From: a virus
Taxonomy: Duplodnaviria; Caudoviricetes
Virus record (IMG/VR): IMGVR_UViG_3300042317_000620
Span: 1-64,000 of that record
Length of the DNA stretch: 64,000 nucleotides
Reading direction: 5' to 3' (one strand)
Shown here: in pieces, positions 43,040-53,566 of the stretch
Layout of the letters: every line of letters begins with the position of its first letter
Numbering within the stretch: the first letter of the stretch is position 1
The notes under the pieces: generated by a model
Seen by the model: the letters and a program-made list of their open reading frames with translations, nothing else
Database searches by the model: none
Told to the model about the DNA's origin: nothing
Position numbers and translations under genes: made by a program

Positions 43040-46000
43040 GTACATCCTCCAATGTTACTGTTCCGTCTTTTGTCTTTCCAAAATCAAACTTATAGGACTT
43101 TCCTTCTTCAATATGCATATATGCTTTTGCAAATGCCGTAGGAAATACTGTGACAGAATGAAGATCTCTAGATGTATCTGCAAGTGTTAGAGAAGCCATC
43201 TTTTTACCTGTCTTTGTAGTTCTTGACTTAAGAGATATTACAAACATTTGATCGTCCTTGTATGGTAACTGCTTGTATCCAAGGAACTTAACAAGTGCGT
43301 TAGATGATTCTTTTATTTCTTCAGAAGGTATGGAAGATACAATCCTATTATCATTACAAAGAACCAAGTAAGAACGACCAGTCTCAATAGTCGTATTTTC
43401 ATCATCAAATATACCCACAGACCCAGTTTTGTCCAAAATTTCAACTCGTGACCATCCTGTTCCTCTTTTAATTGATTTTACCATACCCATAAAAATGTAT
43501 GATCCCTTTTCTTCAAAGTCAACAATATCCTGAATAAATGCATAGTAGTGAGAAGGTATTGCAATATTAAACTCTGGAAGGTTTAAGTATTCATACAAGT
43601 TCTCTTTAATCTCTTTATCATTTCTAGGGTTGTCATTAAATGTTGCAGCACCAATTACCCTTAATGCTTGTAGAGCACGACTATTTACTCCGTTCCCCTT
43701 GGTAAATGTGAACTGTTCAAGTTCTTTGTACGAACTAAAAGGTCGTGCTGAAATATATCTTTCTGCAATTTTATCAGATATGTACTTGATAGCAGTGAGC
43801 CCAAACCTAATGCCCTTACCCTCAATTTTAAAATCGATATCCGAATCGTTAATGTGAGGTAACTTAACGCTAATGCCCATTCTTTTTGCTTCAATAAGAT
43901 ATTCAGTTCTCGCATCTTTATCCTTTTCATTTTTTAATAGTGCGAACATAAACTCTAGGGGGTAGTAGTATTTGAGCCACGCTGTCCAATACGAGAGAGT
44001 ACTGTAAGCAACGGCATGCGATTTGTTGAACGAATACCCAGCATGCGCTTCAAAATCATGCCAAAGATCCAAAGCACTATTAGGGGAGATATACTTACTA
44101 GCACCACTAACGAAACGATCTTGGAACTCCTTAAACTCTTTAGCATCTTTTTTCTTGCCAATGATCTTTCTAACTTTATCTGCTTCCGACATGGACATAC
44201 CGCCAAGGTGTACGCATGCTTGCATAACTTGCTCCTGGTAAAGAATGCACCCATAAGTATCCTCCGTAAATGGTTTTAGAATTTGGTGAAGATAATTAAT
44301 ATTCTGACGACCGTGCTTACGGTCAATATAATCTTTACCAATTGTGTTAGCAGCACCTGGACGCACCAAAGCATTTGATGCTGCTAGTTCGTTGAGGTTC
44401 TTAACGCCCATCTTGACAAGAAGGTTGGTGTATGGTGCTGCTTCGCACTGAAACACTCCCTTTGTATATCCATCTGATATCATCTGATATACATTCGCAT
44501 CGTCCATCTTAATCTTAAGAAGGTCAATCTTTTTGCCATCTCGTTCTTTGATTATGTTAATTGTATCCTTAAGAACAGATAAAGTCTTAAGACCCAATGC
44601 ATCAATCTTAATCAAACCAATTCTTTCAGCCTCTTCCATATCAACACCAACGACAGGAATTCTTTCATCAGATCCTGTAGATGATCTTGTTTCAAGTGGT
44701 GCGTATCTAAAAATTGGTTCCTTACTTGTTACTACACCTGCTGCGTGGATTCCTGTACCACGAATGCGACCACGAAGTTGTTCTCCATAGACTTCTACTT
44801 CTGGATACTTCTCACGAAACTCTCTTGTTGATTTTGAACTACAGAAATCATCCCAAGAGTCTACAGTCTTCAAAACCTTATTGACATCTGATAGCGGAAT
44901 GTTCAACACTCGTGCAATATCTCTAACAATTCCTTTACCAGTGAACTCAAGGAATGTAGCAATAGATGCAACATGTCGATACTGTCTAACTAGATAGTCT
45001 TTTACTTCTTCACGGCGAGTATCTTGAATATCTGTATCGATATCTGGAAAATCGTTACGCTCTGGGTTAATAAAACGGAAAAACAAAAGGTTGTGCTCAA
45101 TAGGATCAATGTCTGTAATCTTTAGTGCATAACAAACAAGAGAACCAGCAGATGATCCACGACCAGGCCCAACCATAATCTCTTCTTTCTTTGCCCAGTT
45201 AATCATATTGCTTACAACAAGGAAGTACGGAGCAAACTTTTTATCTTTAATAATCTGCAACTCTTCTTCAAGTCTATCAAGATACTCCTGATTTTCTGAC
45301 AAACCTCGTTCTACCAAACCTTCTAATGCAACCTTTGCAAGTTCCTTATCAGGACTCTTATACTGTACTGGTAGTAAGTCTAATCCTTCTTGGATTCCAT
45401 AGTCTTCTACTGTCTCTGCTAACAGAATTGTGTTTGAATAGATGTCAGGTCTATCTATCCCCTGCGATTCCATCGCTGCTTTAATCTCTTCGTATGAGAG
45501 CAGGTGAATATCAAACTTATTAAATGTAATCTGACGGTCTTCGCCATATAGATAATCTAGGCGTTCCATCATGCTGCCTTTTTTCTTTGACTTCTCATAC
45601 GTTGCATCTTTTACAAACTTGCCATGTGTATTCATTAACAACTTAAACTCTTGTACTTCTTTTTGTGATGTATCAACATGGTGACAGTCTGGCGTAACAA
45701 TAACTTTAATGCCAAACTCGTCTGCAAGATCTATTAAATGTTTATTAATATGCGCTTCGTTATGAGGCATTACTTCAATATAATAGTCATCTCCAAAGCG
45801 TTCTTTAAACCAAGATATGTACTTCTTGGCAAGAGCGAACTCTTCTTCTTCTAATGCTTTTACAAGCACACTACTTGGACAAGCAGAGGTAACAATAATA
45901 CCTTCTTTATACTTTTCCAAAATAGTAAAATCAAATCTTGGTTTCTTAAAAAAACCATCTGTCCAAGATAGTTCACTAATCTTGTTTAGATTTTCCAAAC

Positions 46001-46304
46001 CAATTTGATTCTTGGCTAGAAGGATAATGTGATTATAGACAAGATCTTGTTGACCTTCTCTTTCAGACTTATCTCGTGTATCAGATATGTCTGCACACAT
46101 GTATCCTTCTAGACCCAGAATTGGCTTAATGCCCTTTGCTTTTGCAATACGGTGCAGTTCCCTATGCCCAGATAAAGTACCGTGGTCAGTGATTGCTATT
46201 GCTGGCATCCCTAACTCAACTGCACGGTCAACGTATTCTTCTGGAGTAGCAATCCCATCAAATAAACTAAAATGGGTGTGGACATGTAAGCCTACGTAAT
46301 TCAT
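43029..46304 (-). CDS. dnaE: DNA polymerase III alpha subunit (DnaE)
   Basis: PHP HVHTHFSLFDG..TDHG; GRGSSAGSL, PDIDTD, HAAG, KIDALGL, YQEQVM, YSFNKSHA. Confidence 0.97.
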   Translation of the reverse strand: MNYVGLHVHTHFSLFDGIATPEEYVDRAVELGMPAIAITDHGTLSGHRELHRIAKAKGIKPILGLEGYMCADISDTRDKSEREGQQDLVYNHIILLAKNQIGLENLNKISELSWTDGFFKKPRFDFTILEKYKEGIIVTSACPSSVLVKALEEEEFALAKKYISWFKERFGDDYYIEVMPHNEAHINKHLIDLADEFGIKVIVTPDCHHVDTSQKEVQEFKLLMNTHGKFVKDATYEKSKKKGSMMERLDYLYGEDRQITFNKFDIHLLSYEEIKAAMESQGIDRPDIYSNTILLAETVEDYGIQEGLDLLPVQYKSPDKELAKVALEGLVERGLSENQEYLDRLEEELQIIKDKKFAPYFLVVSNMINWAKKEEIMVGPGRGSSAGSLVCYALKITDIDPIEHNLLFFRFINPERNDFPDIDTDIQDTRREEVKDYLVRQYRHVASIATFLEFTGKGIVRDIARVLNIPLSDVNKVLKTVDSWDDFCSSKSTREFREKYPEVEVYGEQLRGRIRGTGIHAAGVVTSKEPIFRYAPLETRSSTGSDERIPVVGVDMEEAERIGLIKIDALGLKTLSVLKDTINIIKERDGKKIDLLKIKMDDANVYQMISDGYTKGVFQCEAAPYTNLLVKMGVKNLNELAASNALVRPGAANTIGKDYIDRKHGRQNINYLHQILKPFTEDTYGCILYQEQVMQACVHLGGMSMSEADKVRKIIGKKKDAKEFKEFQDRFVSGASKYISPNSALDLWHDFEAHAGYSFNKSHAVAYSTLSYWTAWLKYYYPLEFMFALLKNEKDKDARTEYLIEAKRMGISVKLPHINDSDIDFKIEGKGIRFGLTAIKYISDKIAERYISARPFSSYKELEQFTFTKGNGVNSRALQALRVIGAATFNDNPRNDKEIKENLYEYLNLPEFNIAIPSHYYAFIQDIVDFEEKGSYIFMGMVKSIKRGTGWSRVEILDKTGSVGIFDDENTTIETGRSYLVLCNDNRIVSSIPSEEIKESSNALVKFLGYKQLPYKDDQMFVISLKSRTTKTGKKMASLTLADTSRDLHSVTVFPTAFAKAYMHIEEGKSYKFDFGKTKDGTVTLEDVHVS

Positions 46305-46307
46305 CTC

Positions 46308-46955
46308 CTACCAGTCAGTATTTGTGCTGGTAATTGATGGGCTGTCAAAGCCAAGGTAGAACGCTTCTTGTTCTGCATAAGGAATCTTACGAAGAGCAGA
46401 CTCTAGTGGATATGGCTCTGTGCCTGTCCAATCAAATGGCTCCTTATCTGGTGCAGATGGAATAAGTGTGTAGTTGGTTTCAGTTCCCTGACCATTACGT
46501 CTCAACTTCCAGACAACATTTGAAATGCTTCCAGTCTCCATTGCATATTCCTTGATTGTATTAAATGATGATTGCTTGCTGATACCCATTGACCAGATAG
46601 CAACATATGGTGGCTCTAGGCCATCGTCTACAAGAACATTGCAGTAGAAACGAAGACGGGCTCTCCAGCCAGCCTTTGGATCCTTGCGATGCATCTCTTC
46701 TGCCCAATCACGACCTTCTGACTCCATTGTATCTAGAGCCTTACGCTTGTAGTCCTTTGGGTTGGTGTGTTCCTTGACAACTAGTGCAAGTCCACGACCT
46801 TCGTTATAGTTTGCAGAGTCTTCGTCAAGTTCTTCAATAAAACGAATCTTTGCTGATTGTCCGTCTGCTAACTTTAGCCAACGAACTTTTGGTCCATCTG
46901 ATTTTGGTTTGTCGAGCAGGGCATTGATGTTTTTTAGTCCCTTTACTACGCTCAT
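46308..46955 (-). CDS. Single-stranded DNA-binding protein (gp32-like)
   Basis: LKLADGQSAKIRF, RFYCNV, RNGQGTETNYTL, acidic-aromatic end; adjacent to dnaE. Confidence 0.65.
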   Translation of the reverse strand: MSVVKGLKNINALLDKPKSDGPKVRWLKLADGQSAKIRFIEELDEDSANYNEGRGLALVVKEHTNPKDYKRKALDTMESEGRDWAEEMHRKDPKAGWRARLRFYCNVLVDDGLEPPYVAIWSMGISKQSSFNTIKEYAMETGSISNVVWKLRRNGQGTETNYTLIPSAPDKEPFDWTGTEPYPLESALRKIPYAEQEAFYLGFDSPSITSTNTDW

Positions 46956-47020
46956 ATTATTCTCCTTTTTGTTTGTTTATTTATTTAGTTTATCATAGAT
47001 GGTTGTTTTGTGCAACTATG

Positions 47021-48454
47021 CTATAACAATTCTAGCATATCTTGGTGTTTAATCCATTGAATATCTTTTTTATTTATAATATCAATATATTGATAATATA
47101 ATTTTTCATTATATTGATCAATTACAGAATAATTTTTTATACCATTTCCATAGTATATTTTTATAAAATAATCATTGAGGTAAGACCCAGTCTTGTTAAC
47201 AAAATCAGATTTACTTGGAACTGGAATGTTTGTTTTCATTTGTTCTAAAAAGTTTGATATCTTATCTGGCATTTTATTGTTTTTAGTAAAATCTTGCCAA
47301 AAACTATTATTTTTTTTGTTAGTTACGTAATGTATATAAATTGCAGCAATTATGTCATCTTCTAGATTTTTTATATAGTTATTAATTTTATCTCTAAAAT
47401 TGATTTTATCAACAAGATATTCCTCAAAAGAATCTGCAAACTCTTCCATAACTGAAATAACATTCATTAATGCGCTTGCTTCTAGTGGTTCAAAAAAACT
47501 AGCAGATAATCCTACTGCTAAACAGTTACCAATAAATTGCTTTTCATAAAATCCAGCATCATACTTTATACATCTTGCTGGTTCCCAGTTTTTATTTATT
47601 TTAGTTTTCATTTCTAGCACTGCATCTTCTTCGGAAATAAAGTTACTATCAAAATTATATCCCATGCCATATCGTGATCTAGTTGGAATTTCAAACGTCC
47701 ATCCATAGTCTAGTGCAGTTATTTTACTATAAGGTGGAATAGAATCTCCCATTGGAACTTGACCAACAATAGAACTATTTATTGGTAAGGTTTTGTTAGC
47801 GCTTATCCATTTTTCTTTATAAAAGTTTCCAACAATAACTCTATTAAATCCAGAACAATCAAAAACAAAATCTACATCCATAGAACTGTTTGATAATTGA
47901 ATAGAATTAATTTCATCGCCCTCTGTTTTAAAACCTACTACTAAATCATCAACTATTGTTATTCCCATATCAATGGCTACTTTTTTTAAAAACTTTGAAC
48001 ATAAAAATGTATCAAAATGTATTGCTGTTTGTAATCCATTTTTTTTATTAAAAGAAACAGGAACTTTATTTTGCAATGAATATTTTGTACTTTCATCTAT
48101 GTTTATTAAACTACCATCTTGTTTTATGGCTGTAGATATTAAAGACAAATACTTATCATTATAAATTTTATTTTGTAATATTAATGGAACAAAGAAATCA
48201 ATATCTTCATCATTCCAGTTGCAAAATAAAGACCCCATCTTGATCGTGGCATTAGTCTCTTTCATAAAAGTACCAATATCAATACCAAATTCTTTTAACA
48301 TTGGTAAAAAATTTCCAGAGGTTGCCTCTCCCACACCAACAATGCCTATTGAAGAGTTTTCAATAACTGTAACATTATGATGTGGGAATTTTTTTTGCAT
48401 CTTTAGAGCAACAATATAACCAGATGTTCCTCCTCCGACTACAACTATTTTCAA
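47021..48454 (-). CDS. Flavin-dependent (tryptophan-halogenase-like) halogenase
   Basis: VVGGGTSG, VGVGEAT, ATIKMG (catalytic Lys position), FDCSGF, GWTFEIP, FFEPLEAS. Confidence 0.88.
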   Translation of the reverse strand: MKIVVVGGGTSGYIVALKMQKKFPHHNVTVIENSSIGIVGVGEATSGNFLPMLKEFGIDIGTFMKETNATIKMGSLFCNWNDEDIDFFVPLILQNKIYNDKYLSLISTAIKQDGSLINIDESTKYSLQNKVPVSFNKKNGLQTAIHFDTFLCSKFLKKVAIDMGITIVDDLVVGFKTEGDEINSIQLSNSSMDVDFVFDCSGFNRVIVGNFYKEKWISANKTLPINSSIVGQVPMGDSIPPYSKITALDYGWTFEIPTRSRYGMGYNFDSNFISEEDAVLEMKTKINKNWEPARCIKYDAGFYEKQFIGNCLAVGLSASFFEPLEASALMNVISVMEEFADSFEEYLVDKINFRDKINNYIKNLEDDIIAAIYIHYVTNKKNNSFWQDFTKNNKMPDKISNFLEQMKTNIPVPSKSDFVNKTGSYLNDYFIKIYYGNGIKNYSVIDQYNEKLYYQYIDIINKKDIQWIKHQDMLELL

Positions 48455-48990
48455 ACCGAATATCTCCTATCGTATCCAGCCTTATTAATTTGTTCTGCTG
48501 CAAATTCCCACTCAGCATAATTTTCTTGAACAATTCCATGCCCTTCAACGATTCTGTTATAGAAATTAAAAATTGCACAAACTGAAATTGCATCCTTGAG
48601 TTCTGCTTCAGAAAATCCAGCATCAAAAACATTTTGATAATCAGATTTTGTTAGTTGTGAAGGAGTCAAAGTTAACTTTTTAACCAAGTCTAAAATTGTT
48701 TTTAGTTTGTGACTTTCATAATCTTGATCAACAATATTTTTTAATTCTTCTTCATCTGCATTTAAAGATTTTGCAAATACAAGATGAGATCCAGTGCAGT
48801 ATTTACATCCATTCAAAGATGATGTAAACATAGCAACAATCTCTCTATCTTTTGATGAAAGGGCGCTATCCTCTCTTAAAATTTCCTGAGCCAAAACTAA
48901 TGCTGTTCCATACTTTTTTGGATTTTCCATAAATACATCTACAATTGTAGAATTGTTATTAAAACTAGAAAATACGTTTTCAATTGCCAT
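48451..48990 (-). CDS. AhpD/CMD-family peroxidase-related protein
   Basis: LSSKDREIVA..S..NGCKYC..SH, KLTLTP, FNFYNRIVEG. Confidence 0.85.
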   Translation of the reverse strand: MAIENVFSSFNNNSTIVDVFMENPKKYGTALVLAQEILREDSALSSKDREIVAMFTSSLNGCKYCTGSHLVFAKSLNADEEELKNIVDQDYESHKLKTILDLVKKLTLTPSQLTKSDYQNVFDAGFSEAELKDAISVCAIFNFYNRIVEGHGIVQENYAEWEFAAEQINKAGYDRRYSV

Positions 48991-49934
48991 TATTGTAACC
49001 TTCCTATTATGTCTGATTTAAAATCACTTTCTAACTCTATTATATCAGAATCTAGCATATCTCCAATATCTTTGTACTTTTTATCAAGTCTAATGATTTG
49101 TGATCTGCTGCCTATTTTTTCAACTATTTTACTTCCCATGGAGTTTCCAGCATCATCATTGTCAACAATCACACACACTTCATTAAAATATTTTTTAAGC
49201 AATTCTATCTGAGAACTTGATACATTTGCACCTAATGTTGCTACTGCTGAAAATCCAACCTGGTCTAATCTAATAGCATCAAATGAGGACTCTACGACAT
49301 AAACTTTATTTGACTGTTTTACTCTATGCAAATTAAAAAGTATTTTACTTTTTGGAAGTCCTGGAGTATTCTTAAACTCTTTATTTTCAATAGTTCGTGC
49401 AACAAAACCAATGGTCATTCCTTCTGGGGATTGAACTGGTATTGTAACCATATCTTGTTTTTCAGAATAGCCAAGGCTAAACTTCTCTATAGATTTTTTT
49501 GTTATTTGTCTACCTTCAAAATATCGCATTGCTCTAGGAGACTCTAGCGTTTGATTGTTCAATCTTTTGATTAATACCTCATCATATTGAATAAACTCTT
49601 TTGGTTTATATAACTTTTTATTAATAAGATTTTCAATGTTAGTTTCTTTTTCTTTACTCTTAATAAATCTGATAGACTCAAAATAAGACCTACCAGTCAT
49701 CTTCATAATAAGTTCTTGAAGTTCTGCTGTTTGCTGACAACTAAAACAAAAGAACAATCCACTTTCTTTAGACACTTCTCCTGCTGGTGTTCTTGTGTTA
49801 TTGTGATATGGACAAAATATAATAAAGTCTGAACCAACTTCTGATTCTAATGTTATGCCTGATCCAACAAGGACTCTTTTAATCTGTTCTTCTGTATATG
49901 TATTGGTCTGTACCCGTCTACCGCGATTATCCAC
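48990..49934 (-). CDS. dnaG: DNA primase
   Basis: CPYH..CFSC zinc finger, LFNL, TOPRIM VVESSFDA..DNDDAG..KDIGD. Confidence 0.92.
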   Translation of the reverse strand: MDNRGRRVQTNTYTEEQIKRVLVGSGITLESEVGSDFIIFCPYHNNTRTPAGEVSKESGLFFCFSCQQTAELQELIMKMTGRSYFESIRFIKSKEKETNIENLINKKLYKPKEFIQYDEVLIKRLNNQTLESPRAMRYFEGRQITKKSIEKFSLGYSEKQDMVTIPVQSPEGMTIGFVARTIENKEFKNTPGLPKSKILFNLHRVKQSNKVYVVESSFDAIRLDQVGFSAVATLGANVSSSQIELLKKYFNEVCVIVDNDDAGNSMGSKIVEKIGSRSQIIRLDKKYKDIGDMLDSDIIELESDFKSDIIGRLQ

Positions 49935-50176
49935 TGTATCTTCTTTCTTCCAACGTGCATTCCATATGCTGTAAGGGCAAACTCAAAATAATTTTTGTCA
50001 CTATCATATTTTAGCGTAAAGTCTGGTTCAATGTCAATTCTTGGGGCATATCCAGTTTCACGCATCTGGATGACCAAAAGACGTAGATATTCTTCTTTAA
50101 GTCTAGGTATGTGAGATTCATCCTTGATGATGCCATCAAGATAGAAGTTTTTAATCGGTTTGTGATGAAGTGACAC
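49853..50176 (-). CDS. Hypothetical protein
   Basis: 107-aa ORF between helicase and primase. Confidence 0.7.
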   Translation of the reverse strand: MSLHHKPIKNFYLDGIIKDESHIPRLKEEYLRLLVIQMRETGYAPRIDIEPDFTLKYDSDKNYFEFALTAYGMHVGRKKIQWIIAVDGYRPIHIQKNRLKESLLDQA

Positions 50177-50182
50177 ATTATA

Positions 50183-51409
50183 TTATAACGCCTTATCTTC
50201 GTAGTCTTTGTATCGATAGTAACCTTTATCAAAGTCTACCTGCACTAAAAACTCACCCATAAAACCATTACGATTCTTTCTAAAGGCACACTCAATGATA
50301 TCTGAGTTAGTTGCCCTACCCAAAGCCATAACCCAGTCAGCATCGTACGCAATCTGTCTAGACCAGGCAGTCTGACCAAGCGTAGGGACACTGCTAAGAT
50401 CATTTACATCATCTGGGGTAGCAGAGGAGATAGCAATAATTGGAACCTCTTCTGAAATAGCCATAAGTTTAAGTTCACGAGACAAGTTCTTCATTCTTAC
50501 TGTTTCATTATCAGATTTTTGATTTGGTGTCATAAGTTGTAGATAATCCACAATAACAAAGTCTGGTTTATATTGGTCTATCTTGCCACGTAGAACAGAC
50601 GGACTAATCTCTCCACCCTGATCATTTGAGATAATATGAAATGGGTTCTTGCCTTCAAGGTGGCGCTTGTGCCATTCCTTTAATGTGTCTATCTCAATAT
50701 TACCTTGACTAATTTTACGATGCGACCAAAGTCCTTCACCCATAATTGTAAATACACGATTACGAACCTCTGTTTCAGACATCTCAAGACTAATAATTAG
50801 TGGTGTCTTGCCTTGCTTCCAAGCCTGTACCGCAAAATAAAGTGCAAGCCAAGACTTACCAATTCCTGGATATGCAAGGAATACTCCTAGTTGTCCACCA
50901 GTAATTCCAGATGGTAGATAGTTGTCAAATCCTGGTAGTCCAGTTTTAATTCCTACATTGCCCGCTGCTTCCATTTTTTTGAGATGATCAAAATAAGCAA
51001 TTGCAGAATCTAGATCAATAACATCAATATCACGAACGGCAGATGTATTCTTTTTTAACTCTGACGTTTTTGTAATTAAATTATTTAATGCTTCTACACC
51101 CTTGTCATTTTGAACATCTCCTGCTGCAGAACGCAGAATGTCTTTAAGGCTATCATTTAAATATTCATGCTGTAATTCTTCTAGATGGTGCTTAGTTGCT
51201 CCAATATCTTCAATTACCTCAAAGTCTCTAAACTTTTCAACGACAAGTGATGCTGGTGGAACAGAACTATTGTGCTCAAAATAATTTCTAATAAAATTCC
51301 AGATATCTGAGTGCGTTCTAAGAATGCCATCAACGTTAGCCTGTAATAGAACGTGTATCTGCTTATCTTTTAATACAGCATTAATTACTTTTGCTTCTGA
51401 GTTATTCAC
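50183..51409 (-). CDS. dnaB: Replicative DNA helicase
   Basis: TGLPGFD, AYPGIGKS, SLEMS, VDYLQLM, SRELKLMA, DAD, KNRNG. Confidence 0.95.
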   Translation of the reverse strand: MNNSEAKVINAVLKDKQIHVLLQANVDGILRTHSDIWNFIRNYFEHNSSVPPASLVVEKFRDFEVIEDIGATKHHLEELQHEYLNDSLKDILRSAAGDVQNDKGVEALNNLITKTSELKKNTSAVRDIDVIDLDSAIAYFDHLKKMEAAGNVGIKTGLPGFDNYLPSGITGGQLGVFLAYPGIGKSWLALYFAVQAWKQGKTPLIISLEMSETEVRNRVFTIMGEGLWSHRKISQGNIEIDTLKEWHKRHLEGKNPFHIISNDQGGEISPSVLRGKIDQYKPDFVIVDYLQLMTPNQKSDNETVRMKNLSRELKLMAISEEVPIIAISSATPDDVNDLSSVPTLGQTAWSRQIAYDADWVMALGRATNSDIIECAFRKNRNGFMGEFLVQVDFDKGYYRYKDYEDKAL

Positions 51410-51710
51410 TTAGCCACGCCCTTGCCTTCCTACGTCTTTCTAATCGATCTTTATCATCTTGCTCTTTATCAAGTTTAGCCTTTAAAATTTTTTCAGCATT
51501 ATATGCAAAATAATTCCAAGACGGATCTTGTGCCACTTTAAAATAGTATTGAAGTAAATCGTAACATGCTGGCAATCCATAGGACTCAATTAACGCATCT
51601 GAGGCCCACTGTTCTACATTTAAATTTAAAGTAGACTTTGCCTGATATCTTTCGTTATGATACTTAGAATATCTGCTTAGCAAAGCCATTCGGTCTTTGC
51701 GGTCTGCCAT
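51402..51710 (-). CDS. Hypothetical protein
   Basis: 102-aa ORF coupled to dnaB. Confidence 0.7.
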   Translation of the reverse strand: MADRKDRMALLSRYSKYHNERYQAKSTLNLNVEQWASDALIESYGLPACYDLLQYYFKVAQDPSWNYFAYNAEKILKAKLDKEQDDKDRLERRRKARAWLSE

Positions 51711-51919
51711 TATTCTTCTATTTCTGCCTTAGCCTCATTGATCTTCTCAGTCAATTTAGCCTCTACAAAGCCATAGACGCGTTCCATAGCATCGTTGGTT
51801 GTCTCACCCTGCCTCTTTGCATCTACTACTCCCAAATCAAGCCGTAGCGATTGAAAATTGCCAAGATTTAATGTATATCCTAAAGTAACAGATACCTTAG
51901 TGTTTTCGTTTTGTTCCAT
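51710..51919 (-). CDS. Hypothetical protein
   Basis: TLNLGNFQSLRLD motif; SD GGAGG. Confidence 0.75.
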   Translation of the reverse strand: MEQNENTKVSVTLGYTLNLGNFQSLRLDLGVVDAKRQGETTNDAMERVYGFVEAKLTEKINEAKAEIEE

Positions 51920-51934
51920 TAGTCCTCCAAAGGC

Positions 51935-52480
51935 CTAGTTAATGCTTTCATTCCAAACAGGGATAAATCTACCATCTTCAGTTCTTGTATATGTAAGTAT
52001 ACCATCGCCCATTCTGCGTGTCAACTCTTGTTTAGTGGGAGTATTATTGTTTGTAATTAGTCCATCTTTTCTTGGTTGCCCTTGATGAATTGATGCAAGA
52101 ATATCTCTCATCTCTCTAACCTGACTTTCAGAATAATATGATCTAATCTGAAAACCTACTTTTCCATATTTACTACATCCTTTAGGAGATGGAATAATAC
52201 CTTTTTTCATTAAACGTGGCATATATTTTCTATGTCTATTTAATAGTTGTGATGTTTCACTCACGGTATATGCTCGCTCTCTTTTCTTTTTAAACTCATG
52301 TAAAAAACAAATTTCATTTTGATCTTTATTAATGTTGTATAAAGTTATAGTACCAGTAGATCTGCTATTGTGATATATTCTTACAAGGTCTCCATTAAGA
52401 AACCATATTTTTTTGCTGCCAGAAATTACAGGGGCGCTATTGTAGTCTTTGCCCTTATCTTTTCCTGAGAAAGCAGCCAT
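51935..52480 (-). CDS. DNA-binding protein with a MerR-like HTH
   Basis: YTVSETSQLLNR...KKGIIPSP...RSYYSESQV. Confidence 0.65.
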   Translation of the reverse strand: MAAFSGKDKGKDYNSAPVISGSKKIWFLNGDLVRIYHNSRSTGTITLYNINKDQNEICFLHEFKKKRERAYTVSETSQLLNRHRKYMPRLMKKGIIPSPKGCSKYGKVGFQIRSYYSESQVREMRDILASIHQGQPRKDGLITNNNTPTKQELTRRMGDGILTYTRTEDGRFIPVWNESIN

Positions 52481-52614
52481 GATCCCTCTTTAGAACTATC
52501 TGGTGGATGATAAAATTTTCTTTTACCACACATAATACAGTATACCTCAAGATGCTCAGATGTGCTAAATTGACGGTCTACTAGGATTTTGCCTTTACAT
52601 TTTGCACATTTCAA
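52426..52614 (-). CDS. Zinc-ribbon protein
   Basis: CAKCKG...YCIMCG. Confidence 0.7.
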   Translation of the reverse strand: MKCAKCKGKILVDRQFSTSEHLEVYCIMCGKRKFYHPPDSSKEGSWLLSQEKIRAKTTIAPL

Positions 52615-53054
52615 TTTGGAATTCCAATAACAAGAACATTAACATCTATTGTAGCAACACCATTAGAAGAAAACTTTGCAACAAGGTTGGCCTCTGATGT
52701 TGTAACATTTGTAAGAAACACAGAAACATTTTTACCAGCCTCTGTTCCACCCTTATTCCATGGTGTTGCAACTACAATTGGTGGATATTTAAAACTAAAG
52801 TTAACTTTAAATGGAACTTCTCCTCCAGCCGTAGTGGTAGCAGCATTAGTTACGTTTACAGTTTCGCCATATATAGAGGCTCCTGGTGTTGGAACCTCAT
52901 AACCTGTTCTTGGTGTGGTAGTCCCAACAATTTTAGTATTATTAGAAGATGTTGGAGAGGACTGTCTTAAAAGTTGATTAACTGTTGTAACAATGCTAGA
53001 GATGTATGAAACATCTAATGGCTGACCTCTTTGTGGTATTGGTAACTCAGGCAT
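52611..53054 (-). CDS. Minor tail protein with tail-fibre-tip-like C-terminal beta domain
   Basis: VNF.FKYPPIVVAT...VTTS...VLVIG; end of tail operon. Confidence 0.6.
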   Translation of the reverse strand: MPELPIPQRGQPLDVSYISSIVTTVNQLLRQSSPTSSNNTKIVGTTTPRTGYEVPTPGASIYGETVNVTNAATTTAGGEVPFKVNFSFKYPPIVVATPWNKGGTEAGKNVSVFLTNVTTSEANLVAKFSSNGVATIDVNVLVIGIPN

Positions 53055-53080
53055 GATATTTAATTATAGCACATTCCGAA

Positions 53081-53566
53081 TTAAAGATTTTCTTTAGTTG
53101 TTTTAACTAAAATCTGATTGGTATTTATTATCCTATCATATGTTGCATTTTGAACAATAACATTAAAATTGTCTACGTCATTTTGATCTAACAGAAATCT
53201 AACACTAAAAAATCCTTGTTCGGTCTTGCTATATGAATAGGTTGAAACTGCTGGTTCTCCAACCGCAGTATTTGTTTTTAAAAATATATCATAATTTCTC
53301 ATATATTGCAACTCTATTCCTGAAGGAGCCCACTGTAAGATTACTTCATAAATTGAAGTGCTTCCCTGTTGTTGTACAGATAAAGTATATGAATATGGAG
53401 AAGCAATTGTTGGCAACGCAACCTCTTGTATTTTTGACCAGTGCGATGCTCTGTTTCTATCTTCAGAAATAACTCTATATCTTAATCTAATTTTTCCAGT
53501 TTGCCCACTAAAAGGTGGAAGATCTTTGTTTTTAATAATAGATTTTTTAATATTTTTATCTGCCAT
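53081..53566 (-). CDS. Putative virion structural protein (Fn3-like)
   Basis: RYRVISEDRNRASHWS; tail-module context. Confidence 0.6.
   Translation of the reverse strand: MADKNIKKSIIKNKDLPPFSGQTGKIRLRYRVISEDRNRASHWSKIQEVALPTIASPYSYTLSVQQQGSTSIYEVILQWAPSGIELQYMRNYDIFLKTNTAVGEPAVSTYSYSKTEQGFFSVRFLLDQNDVDNFNVIVQNATYDRIINTNQILVKTTKENL

Noticed and set aside
43630-46299. Multiple short ORFs inside dnaE; possible intron or intein
   Set aside because: DnaE is continuous, of normal length and has its motifs in order; the short ORFs are alternative-frame or antisense noise.
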